Under the pieces are notes generated by a model that saw only the letters and a program-made list of their open reading frames with translations, was not told the DNA's origin and ran no database searches. The translations under genes were made by a program, and so were the position numbers. DNA of 64,000 nucleotides from an uncultured bacterium (lineage in GTDB: Bacteria; Poribacteria; WGA-4E; WGA-3G), in contig CAZGAW010000002.1 in NCBI GenBank assembly GCA_964523645.1, positions 30,253 to 94,252 of the forward strand, written 5' to 3'. Below are positions 52,882 through 60,964 of the stretch, piece after piece. Position 1 is the stretch's first letter; each line of letters starts with the position of its first letter.

Positions 52882-53140
52882 TCGTCTTCCTCCCTTTCAC
52901 ATTAACACCCATAATCCGTTATCGACATCAAGGGTATGGGATATTCATTCGAGACAGCGTTTCTTATCTTTTTACTGATAACTAACCTACGAAGTATAGG
53001 TACACAGAAAAGGTTGTCGTTTATTCTCTCCGGCATAAACAATCCCTTGAATCGCCTGAATCCGTGATTCTATCAATTGATTTGTTTTCGCAAATCCCAC
53101 AACGACTTATTGCGCAGCAAAATAACCGCTGCGTGGCCCC

Positions 53141-53347
53141 TTATCGAAACTGTTGGTTCTGCGTGTATGCATTCGGGAGCGTCACAAACACACCCCCCGT
53201 CTGCAAGGCGACCTGTTGTTGAAAGGCGTCGGCGGCACCGATGACACTGACGACGACAGGGAGTTCTTTGAGTAGCACGATAGTGCCTGCTATTAGAGGT
53301 TTATTGGAATAGGGTGCCATGTTCCCCCTGTTACGGCTGCGAGCCAT
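53141..53347 (-). pseudogene. remnant of a second VWA domain C-terminus
   Basis: LPVVVSVIGAADAFQQQVALQTGGVFVTLP aligns with HALVSVVGTYDDFQQEVATKTGGIWVPIP at the C-terminus of the 591-aa paralog (60965-62740); it is out of frame with the upstream VWA gene. Confidence 0.5.
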
Positions 53348-54486
53348 TTATGCTTAGGTTGATCAATACCCAGTACATTGACAGACACTTTGTTTTTTCG
53401 ACAGCGATTGATGGCATCATCTACGGTAAATCCGTGTAGACTCGTGAAGTCTTCATCTGTAACGACGATCAGATGTTTGATCGCATTGCTGCGGAACCGC
53501 AGTTTCATCATAGTTTCATTGATGGCATCTAATGCGTGTTCATCACCACCGAGTTCTATCCCATAGAGTGCCGTTTGTATTTTTGATAAATCCTGCGTCA
53601 GTTGGAAAACCCGGATACGATTGCGATTTTCTTCATTCGTTGAGAAATGTGTCAGACCGAGTTGATAGTCAATCTCCGATGCTTTGTAGGTATCAACCAT
53701 CTGCCCAAGATGTTCAGCGACGGCGTTGATATTATCGCCCATACTCCCAGAGGCATCGACAACGAAGACGACATCGAGAGGCAACCCTCCACTCGAGGCA
53801 ATAATATCCTCGGTCAGTTCACCGATGACGCTGCTAAAGGTGGATCCTTCGCCGCTATCTGCGGTGCCACCGCCAGTCCCCTGCCCTGTGGGTGTTTCTG
53901 CGATACCCGTACCCGGCTTCTTCCCCGCACCTGTTTCCTCAGTTGGTTTACTGATGCCTGCACTCGGTCTCTTACGGGGGTTTTTCACACCGCTGAGACG
54001 CCGCCGGGTATAACTCTCAACGTTGTCGGTCGCCACCGAACGCCTCGCAGATAACACCGCTTCGGGCGTCGTCGGTAAATCGGCATCCGTGGATAACAAC
54101 GTCGGATCGGCATCTATAGGCTTCGGGGAAGCAGGTGGAATCTCAACGGCTTTCGGCACGTTGACAGGGAGCTTCGCAATATCCAATGACGTGTCCGGCT
54201 CGATAACCTTTACCTGTTTCTTTAAAGGAAGCTTTTCGCGGATGGGGGTCGGTGTGGTTTCCTCAGTGACGATGGGCTCTTGGATAACCTGTTTTTTGAC
54301 GATCGGCTCTCGCGGTAACTCTGAAAACAACTCGACCTGGATCTCATCTTCATCTTCTTGCATCTCAGATCTTATAACGATGAAAGAAAGCACAACGATC
54401 AGGATGACATGCGCAATGACAGAAATCCGAAGGGCATACATCCGATACTGTTGACGGAACGTCTTGCGGAGAACCCAGCCATTCAT
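53293..54486 (-). CDS. membrane-anchored VWA-domain protein (paralog of 60965-62740)
   Basis: N-terminal TM, Pro-rich linker, MIDAS DVVFVVDASGSMGDN; alignable along its length with VWA1 of the 591-aa protein. Confidence 0.7.
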   Translation of the reverse strand: MNGWVLRKTFRQQYRMYALRISVIAHVILIVVLSFIVIRSEMQEDEDEIQVELFSELPREPIVKKQVIQEPIVTEETTPTPIREKLPLKKQVKVIEPDTSLDIAKLPVNVPKAVEIPPASPKPIDADPTLLSTDADLPTTPEAVLSARRSVATDNVESYTRRRLSGVKNPRKRPSAGISKPTEETGAGKKPGTGIAETPTGQGTGGGTADSGEGSTFSSVIGELTEDIIASSGGLPLDVVFVVDASGSMGDNINAVAEHLGQMVDTYKASEIDYQLGLTHFSTNEENRNRIRVFQLTQDLSKIQTALYGIELGGDEHALDAINETMMKLRFRSNAIKHLIVVTDEDFTSLHGFTVDDAINRCRKNKVSVNVLGIDQPKHKWLAAVTGGTWHPIPINL

Positions 54487-54502
54487 AGCACGACTCCTTT
54501 TT

Positions 54503-55651
54503 CTACTTGATAGAGAGATAAACAGATGTTGTCGCTAATGCCGTTTGAGACCTATTTAACACTTGGATTTTCAGCGATACCCTTCGCCCCCGGACTTTTT
54601 TATCCGCAACGATCGGGATCCGCAGTGTTTCAAACCCCTGTGGGGCAATATTCAAGGGTCTCTCGGGTGCTTGAAAACGCAAGCCATCTATGGTTTGCGG
54701 CAGTAGTACGACGCTGAGATCCTTCGCCGCACCCCCGGAATTTGAAATTGTTACCTTTAACCGCACATGTTCACCGGGATCGATATACCCATTATTGTTT
54801 GCCGGATCTTCCAAAGTCGTGTCAATCCAAAGCGCGGGAGGACGTTTTTGTGGCAAGATACCTCTCAACAAACCCAATTGGGACGCGATGAAAACACCGA
54901 CGACCAAAACTGCCAACGGCAGCAAGACCTTTATCAGTTTCTTCTGGATTCGCTGTTGCCTTTCTCTTTTCGCGAGAAAGGTTATCGCACTTTTCAGGTC
55001 GCGGGCAGGTTGGTATTGTGGCGTGATACGCAACACCTCATCCGCTTGACTTTCGGCATCAGTGAGGGCACCCGTTTCCATGTAGGTCTGTGCGAGATGG
55101 TAATGCGCGAGGGCATTCTCGGGCGATGCCTTTAGGACCTTTTTGAAGGCAGCCGTAGCTTGAGGATATTGCTTATTCCCCAGAAAAACACGTCCGCGTT
55201 CCATCTCTTTGTCAGGGTCAATCTCAGTATCATCCGCAGGCGGTTTGGGTTTTTTCTTTGCGTCGATGTCGCCAGCGGGTTGAACAGATACGTCCGCAGA
55301 TGCCCGCACAAGCGGCTCAGCCGTAGGCGGATGTTCCTTCTCTTTTGCACCAATTTGCACAGCCGGGGCAACAGATAGACCCGCAGGTGGTGAAACACGA
55401 GGCTCGATGGTTTGTAAAAAGGAGAGCACCGGCAGGTAGTTTGCGTCTATCTTCAGGGCTTCTCTGGCAGCATTTCGGGCATCTTGTAACCGATGCTCAC
55501 CGAAGTAGGCAAGCGCAAGCCCATGGTAGGCATCAATAAAAGTAGAATCCTCTCGCAGAACCGCCTGAAAATGCGTGATCGCTTCAGCATACGCTTCGGC
55601 ATTCAGATAGGCAATGCCGAGTCTGTAGTGGCCATCTCTAATCTCGTTCAT
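54503..55651 (-). CDS. TPR-repeat protein with an internal TM segment
   Basis: LGIAYLNAEAYAEAITHFQAVL and AHYHLAQTYMETGALTDAE TPR units; LLPLAVLVVGVFIASQLGLL TM. Confidence 0.65.
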   Translation of the reverse strand: MNEIRDGHYRLGIAYLNAEAYAEAITHFQAVLREDSTFIDAYHGLALAYFGEHRLQDARNAAREALKIDANYLPVLSFLQTIEPRVSPPAGLSVAPAVQIGAKEKEHPPTAEPLVRASADVSVQPAGDIDAKKKPKPPADDTEIDPDKEMERGRVFLGNKQYPQATAAFKKVLKASPENALAHYHLAQTYMETGALTDAESQADEVLRITPQYQPARDLKSAITFLAKRERQQRIQKKLIKVLLPLAVLVVGVFIASQLGLLRGILPQKRPPALWIDTTLEDPANNNGYIDPGEHVRLKVTISNSGGAAKDLSVVLLPQTIDGLRFQAPERPLNIAPQGFETLRIPIVADKKVRGRRVSLKIQVLNRSQTALATTSVYLSIK

Positions 55652-55680
55652 ATCAACTTTTGATTTGCCAGCGTTTGATT

Positions 55681-56397
55681 TTATGGATTATTTGGAAGAC
55701 TGATTCGCCCCTGTGGGGTGATATAGGTTCGCATCTGTCGTCTTTTCAAGATAGTAAACAACCGCTTTTCGTAAGTTGAGAGTTCATCCATAGGGTAGTC
55801 TACCTCGTGGAGCTGTCTAAAAAAGTTTTGATCGACGTATGTCCAGACCCCATCCCATCGTAAAACCTTGCCTGCCTCCTCTTTAGGGGTCTTATCGAGA
55901 ATTTTAAGAAGTCCCTGCGAACGCTGATACCGCGCCGAGCTTTGGGTCACATGAGATATATAGCCGTTGATATACACAAGCGTATGGTAATCCGCCCAAA
56001 CCATGCCGCCAGAGATCATATCGATTGGCTCTCCCAACGTTTCAGCAACATGATTGAAAATCTCCATGGCATTTTTGACGGGTCTATCTGTGAGATAGCC
56101 CGCGACGCGGAGTCGGTCGTTTTCAAAACAGTAAACGAGCTTGACAGGCATATCCGAAATGCGTTCATTATAGACAAGTGTGTTCTCTTTTCGGAAGTCT
56201 AAACGGGTGCCCTGTTTCTGTTCACTGAGCTGTACCATTGCCTGTGAGTAGCCCCACCGGGTTTTGCGAAAATGGTAATCCCCCTCCTCTGACAGAGTGT
56301 GTCGTATTTTTTCTAAGTTCGCACACCCGAACGCGAGAAGAATTGCCCCCCATCCGATGATGTGTTTGAATCTGCGAAGCCCGTTATATGCTGGCAT
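55681..56397 (-). CDS. hypothetical lipoprotein
   Basis: 238-aa ORF with lipobox ILLAFGC. Confidence 0.5.
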   Translation of the reverse strand: MPAYNGLRRFKHIIGWGAILLAFGCANLEKIRHTLSEEGDYHFRKTRWGYSQAMVQLSEQKQGTRLDFRKENTLVYNERISDMPVKLVYCFENDRLRVAGYLTDRPVKNAMEIFNHVAETLGEPIDMISGGMVWADYHTLVYINGYISHVTQSSARYQRSQGLLKILDKTPKEEAGKVLRWDGVWTYVDQNFFRQLHEVDYPMDELSTYEKRLFTILKRRQMRTYITPQGRISLPNNP

Positions 56398-56953
56398 TTA
56401 TACACCTCCTCTCTATTTAAAAGCCCCGTCTCTTGCTATATAAGAATAGAGACCTATCCTCACTATATTTTTTCACGCAATAAGTAGTTTTGGGATTGGT
56501 TAAATTATATAACATTCCTTAATCAGTAGTTAGGTTTTATTTATCAAGGGTTAATCAATTCCATTCTGCATCGGTGAGTCGCCAACCTATTCTAACTTTG
56601 CCTGACTCACTCCACAAAGACTCAACCCGACACTCATCTTGCAATTTGTTAAGAAGTTTTCTATGCGACCGCCCAAAGGGGGCACCGGACGACGGGGCAT
56701 ATCTCCTATAGGTCCCCATTTCTTTGCCTATGTCGGCACCACTACAGATCTCCAAATTGAATGGAAAGTATTCCCCGGACCTTGGCGGTTTGATATTTCC
56801 ACAATAGCGGTGAGCATTTCTTCATCCACGATATTGTCTTCATACGCCGGCAATCTGTATGTGCCGTTCTTCTTTGACTCAGATAATCCAGAATCAAGTC
56901 CGTACACAGCACCAATTGATGCTGAAAAAATGTTTATTTGAGCGGATGCCCCC

Positions 56954-57382
56954 TTAATTCGTTGTCATTGGGTAGGCGACACCTATTTCAATGGCGACAT
57001 TGTATAAATCTGCGTCTAACGTTGCTAATGACAGTTCAAGACGCGACGCTAGTTCCAGATAACTGGCATCATAAGTTGTCAGCCCATGTTTCTCTGCTAA
57101 CTCACAAACCCTTTTCATTGTACTTCCTTGTGTTGCAGCAGCAGTATCAACTGTAACGGGCAACATCGTTATCACGTCAAGATACCGCTGCAAAACATCC
57201 CTATTTATACGCTTTCGTCGGTAAGCCATGAGCAGTGCATTACTGATTTCCTGATAAAATAACGAAGGAACAACTGCCACAGTTCTGCCGTGCTGTAAGT
57301 CTTCAAGAAGCAACTGTGCTTGTATTTCAACTTCATCAGGGAGAAGACCCGCTATTAGAACTGAACAGTCAACCACTATCAT
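56954..57382 (-). CDS. vapC: PIN-domain VapC toxin
   Basis: MIVVDCSVL (first acidic residue) and TYDASYLELA motifs; ATG 57382 overlaps the antitoxin stop (TGATG); ORF-track start is 57403. Confidence 0.75.
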   Translation of the reverse strand: MIVVDCSVLIAGLLPDEVEIQAQLLLEDLQHGRTVAVVPSLFYQEISNALLMAYRRKRINRDVLQRYLDVITMLPVTVDTAAATQGSTMKRVCELAEKHGLTTYDASYLELASRLELSLATLDADLYNVAIEIGVAYPMTTN

Positions 57383-57621
57383 CAGCGGCCTTGGTTTTTC
57401 CAATCTGTTACCTCACGTACCGTGCCGATAGGAAATTTTGTGCGTAGTGCAATTAATTGACGGTAAGCGTCATTTGCTTCATCCGGTGCTATATCATGAG
57501 GTGGCATCATTACCGCTACCACTTTGCCTCTGTTCGTTATAGAAAAACGTTCTCCGTCCTCAACACGCTTGAGAAGTTTTGAAAAATGCGTCTTTGCTTC
57601 ATGAACACCTATCTCAGTCAT
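57382..57621 (-). CDS. Phd/YefM-family antitoxin
   Basis: HEAKTHFSKLLKRVEDGERFSITNRGKVVAVMMP is the canonical prevent-host-death N-terminus. Confidence 0.7.
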   Translation of the reverse strand: MTEIGVHEAKTHFSKLLKRVEDGERFSITNRGKVVAVMMPPHDIAPDEANDAYRQLIALRTKFPIGTVREVTDWKNQGR

Positions 57622-57855
57622 TCGATTGATCTCCTTATTATATTGAACTAAGGTTATTATACTGAATTACCTTATTTTTTTCAAATTTTATCCCTTATGG
57701 ACTGGCACGAATTCAGGATGAAATAGATTTTAAGAAAAATACCTGTTCTGTTGTCGGTTCAATCGACGTAAGTTGCGATTCAGGCTGTGTTATCGGGGAT
57801 CAACTTTTTTAAAATTACCTTGCCTAAAACTGTTCCTTCATGCTATCATGTAAAC

Positions 57856-58755
57856 ATGGAGAGCACGAACGGCGTTACAAAAAAAAACATCCTAAATATC
57901 ACAAAGCCGAGAGAATCTCGAACAGCACTCGTAGAAAGCAATACACCAGATGCCTTTCAGAAACTCTGTCGAGAGTATTGGACGTGGCACTTCGACGAAT
58001 CACTGTCGGATGCCGCCCGGTTACTATTAAGCACAGAACTGGGTTGGGAGGCGATGCCCCAACTCACAACACCGCCCGTTGGTGAAGTCATCTCCCCACT
58101 CGGTTACGCGCTTGCACATGAAGATAAAGATATCCGCGATGCTGCACTACAGGTATTGGATGCAAACGTTCATATTCCTGCAGGCGTTGCTCATATCGGT
58201 GAAGAATGCGAACCGCTGGAGATGGATGAATTTAAGCTTGGCGTTTATCCTGTAACCAATGCCCAGTACCAGCGATTCGTTCAGGATACTGGGCACGCAC
58301 CACCTCAGGATTGGACAGAGGGTATCTATCCAGCAAACAGAGGCGATCATCCTGTTGTTTGGGTTACGTGCGAAGATGGAGAGGCGTATGCGCGTTATAT
58401 CGGTGGAAGGCTACCAACATTTCCAGAATGGCAATACGCTGCACGCGGTGTTGATGACAGACTTTTTCCGTGGGGATATGAAGTTGATAGACCGCGATGT
58501 AATACTGCGGAACTCGGTGCGGGGGCGACAACTCCGGTCGTTAGTTTCAGAGATGGCGTAAGTCCGTTCGGCTGCTACGACATGGTCGGCAACGTCTGGG
58601 AATGGACAGACACACCTTATGACGATGCAGGGAATTTCCGTGTGGCATGTGGAGGCGCATGGTATTACAACCACGACTATAGCACCTGCACCAGTTACGA
58701 TTTTTTTAGCAATGGGTATGCAGAGTTTGTAATTGGATTCCGTGTCGCGTGGTGA
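57856..58755 (+). CDS. formylglycine-generating enzyme (FGE-sulfatase/SUMF1) family protein
   Basis: YPVTNAQYQRFV, HPVVWVTCEDGEAYARYIGGRLPTFPEWQYAARG and DMVGNVWEWT motifs; start trimmed to ATG 57856. Confidence 0.8.
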   Translation: MESTNGVTKKNILNITKPRESRTALVESNTPDAFQKLCREYWTWHFDESLSDAARLLLSTELGWEAMPQLTTPPVGEVISPLGYALAHEDKDIRDAALQVLDANVHIPAGVAHIGEECEPLEMDEFKLGVYPVTNAQYQRFVQDTGHAPPQDWTEGIYPANRGDHPVVWVTCEDGEAYARYIGGRLPTFPEWQYAARGVDDRLFPWGYEVDRPRCNTAELGAGATTPVVSFRDGVSPFGCYDMVGNVWEWTDTPYDDAGNFRVACGGAWYYNHDYSTCTSYDFFSNGYAEFVIGFRVAW

Positions 58756-58799
58756 TATTATACAATCACACTCGAATTTGCGCCGATGGGGAAAGAGCA

Positions 58800-59345
58800 A
58801 TGAGAAATAAAAAAAACGATCCAGAACGTGCCTTAGCACCTGAAAAATCCTCGGTATCCTCAGATGGGTTGCAAAAGGAACTCATCCAGCGGGGGCGCGT
58901 CGATATTCACACACATCAGACCGCTGCGAAGCACTTGAAACAAGGAGCGGATGCCCTAAACGTTCGAGACTACGCGAAAGCAATTGAAGAATTTCAGCAG
59001 GTAATTCAACATAATCGTGAATCGGCTGAGGCACACTTTCATCTCGGTTTGGCACATTTTATGTTGGAAGACTATGAAAGGGCGATAGACGCATACAAAA
59101 TGGCGATAGCCTGCGAACCGAGCGAAGCGACGGCATACCTCAATCTCGCAGCAACCTATCGCATGCTCAAACGTTACGACGAGGCTGTTGATGTTTACAC
59201 GCGTGCCATCCGTTTTATACCGAGTCACCCTGAGTTGCATTCTGAACTTGGGGCAGTCTATACGTTTCAAGGTAAGCGACGTGAAGCAGTCGGTGCTTAT
59301 AAAACAGCGTTGCGCCTTAAATTGCAACTTACCTCGGACAGATAA
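58800..59345 (+). CDS. TPR-repeat protein
   Basis: AHFHLGLAHFMLEDYERAIDAYKMAI, AYLNLAATYRMLKRYDEAV...; start trimmed to ATG 58800. Confidence 0.65.
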   Translation: MRNKKNDPERALAPEKSSVSSDGLQKELIQRGRVDIHTHQTAAKHLKQGADALNVRDYAKAIEEFQQVIQHNRESAEAHFHLGLAHFMLEDYERAIDAYKMAIACEPSEATAYLNLAATYRMLKRYDEAVDVYTRAIRFIPSHPELHSELGAVYTFQGKRREAVGAYKTALRLKLQLTSDR

Positions 59346-59400
59346 CGGACTGCGTAGGGAATCTTGAGCTGTGGAGTGTTGACCACACAGGAGGAATGTC

Positions 59401-59679
59401 ATGTCAGACCAAGAATTTCGCGAACGAATTTTGTCGGCGTTGAATGACTTAAAGGATCAGATCAAAACCACTGAAAATCGCACAGAAAAGCGTTTTGATT
59501 CCATAGAAAACCGATTGGATTCTATTGATCAGCGTGTAGGATCGCTTGAGAGAGACGTTGGATGGATTAAAGGAAAATTGGAAGGTAGACAGGAGACAGG
59601 CACACGGTGGGTAAGTTTCATTGCAGTGGGAACAGCGATTGTCTCTGCGGTTATTGCCTTAATCGCTCTTGTGACGTGA
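59401..59679 (+). CDS. small coiled-coil protein with a C-terminal TM anchor
   Basis: 92 aa; repeated RFDSIENRLDSIDQRVGSLERDV heptads, then VSFIAVGTAIVSAVIALIALV. Confidence 0.5.
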   Translation: MSDQEFRERILSALNDLKDQIKTTENRTEKRFDSIENRLDSIDQRVGSLERDVGWIKGKLEGRQETGTRWVSFIAVGTAIVSAVIALIALVT

Positions 59680-59690
59680 ACGTTCAAATT

Positions 59691-59724
59691 TACGCCTAAA
59701 CGAACCGCAAGGAACATTAAAAAA
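59691..59724 (+). promoter_or_regulatory. leader motif copy (TACGCCTAAACGAACCGCAAGGAACATTAAAAAA) directly before ATG of the ECF sigma gene
   Basis: Same AACGAACCGCAAGG-N12/13-ATG design. Confidence 0.65.
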
Positions 59725-60327
59725 ATGTTTGTTTCAGATGAAGATTTGATGGTCAAATGTAGTAAAGGGGATATGAGTGCCTTCGAGTTGTTGGTGCGGC
59801 GCTATCAGAACCCTTTGATTAACTACATTCACCGCGCTATTGACGATTATCAGCGCGCCGAAGACCTCTCCCAAGAGACGTTCCTCCGGGTCTTCAAGAG
59901 TGCAAATCGTTACGAACCAAAGGCATCGTTCAAAAGTTGGCTCTATACAATCGCCACCAATTTATGTCGAAATGAGATCCGGAACCGTACGCGTCGCAAT
60001 ACCTGTTTTCTGGAAGATTTGGTTGAAGAGGGCGAGGATGTTTACCATGCCGACATCATGCGGGATACCCGCTACCTACCAGATTTGCTCGTTGAAAAAA
60101 AAGAACAGAGACAGATTATCCGGAAAGCACTCGCACAATTACCAGAAAATCAACGCGTGGCCCTAACGCTCGTCACCTATCAGGACTTACGGTATGAAGA
60201 TGTAGCGAAAGTTCTTGGATGCTCGGTAGGTGCTGTAAAGGCATTGATTCATCGTGCTCGGCAGAAAATGAGAAAACTGCTCACCAAAGCAGGCATAGGA
60301 GAGGAGAGTCTCAATGCGAAAATATAA
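59725..60327 (+). CDS. ECF (sigma-70 group IV) RNA polymerase sigma factor
   Basis: Region 2 AEDLSQETFLRVF and region 4 LPENQRVALTLVTYQDLRYEDVAKVLGCSVGAVKALIHRARQKM. Confidence 0.85.
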   Translation: MFVSDEDLMVKCSKGDMSAFELLVRRYQNPLINYIHRAIDDYQRAEDLSQETFLRVFKSANRYEPKASFKSWLYTIATNLCRNEIRNRTRRNTCFLEDLVEEGEDVYHADIMRDTRYLPDLLVEKKEQRQIIRKALAQLPENQRVALTLVTYQDLRYEDVAKVLGCSVGAVKALIHRARQKMRKLLTKAGIGEESLNAKI

Positions 60328-60946
60328 ACAGACTGGATTTCGACATGTGCTCAACTCGGAATGTGAAACACAATTTGCGAGTCCAGATGAACTTTCAGCG
60401 TACATTGATAAAGAATTGCCAGCATGGAAACGCCATCTCATCCGCCGGCATCTCAGGAAATGTGCGACTTGTGCGGGGCACATTCAACAGTTAAAACAAA
60501 CAGACCACTTCCTGCGCCAAAGCGATGGGGTTGAAGTCTCTGATGGCTTTTTAAACGATGTAATGATGCGCGTATCGGAAGCAACGAAACACCAGCAACA
60601 ACAGGATTCGCTTTGGGTACGTGCCATGCAATTCATTGGAACATCGCTTGGATGGGCGCGGCACGGTTCAGTACTGACTGACAAGCTTCGGTACAGTATT
60701 CGGACCCGCAGTCCGGTTTATATCTTTGTACTGACCTTCGCTGTTTTTACGATGGTGGGGGCGACGCTTTACCAATCCTCGAGTGATAGATTTGGACAAT
60801 CACGACACACACTGAAGAATTCACAAGAACTCGATGGTGAAAGATTAATTTCCTTTGAGGTTATTCAACACGAGCCACCGAAACGCTTACTTACAACCTA
60901 CCTGAGTCAGCCATCAGCCGTCAGTCGTCAGCCGTCATCAAGATAG
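60314..60946 (+). CDS. anti-sigma factor (zf-HC2) with TM segment
   Basis: HLRKCATCAGH (Hx3Cx2C), overlap with the sigma gene, central TM VYIFVLTFAVFTMVGATL; the last ~14 codons are read from a heptad repeat. Confidence 0.6.
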   Translation: MRKYKQTGFRHVLNSECETQFASPDELSAYIDKELPAWKRHLIRRHLRKCATCAGHIQQLKQTDHFLRQSDGVEVSDGFLNDVMMRVSEATKHQQQQDSLWVRAMQFIGTSLGWARHGSVLTDKLRYSIRTRSPVYIFVLTFAVFTMVGATLYQSSSDRFGQSRHTLKNSQELDGERLISFEVIQHEPPKRLLTTYLSQPSAVSRQPSSR

Positions 60947-60955
60947 CCGATAGCG
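60904..60955. repeat. heptad repeat (left-arm type) forming the 3' end of the anti-sigma ORF
   Basis: GAGTCAG CCATCAG CCGTCAG TCGTCAG CCGTCAT CAAGATAGCCGATAGCG; translated as LSQPSAVSRQPSSR-stop. Confidence 0.7.
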
Positions 60956-60964
60956 AACAAAAAT

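Noticed and set aside
53647-54454. Plus-strand ORFs (135, 95 and 143 aa) antisense to the VWA gene
   Set aside because: The minus-strand product aligns along its length with the paralog at 60965-62740. The plus-strand ORFs have no motif or start context.
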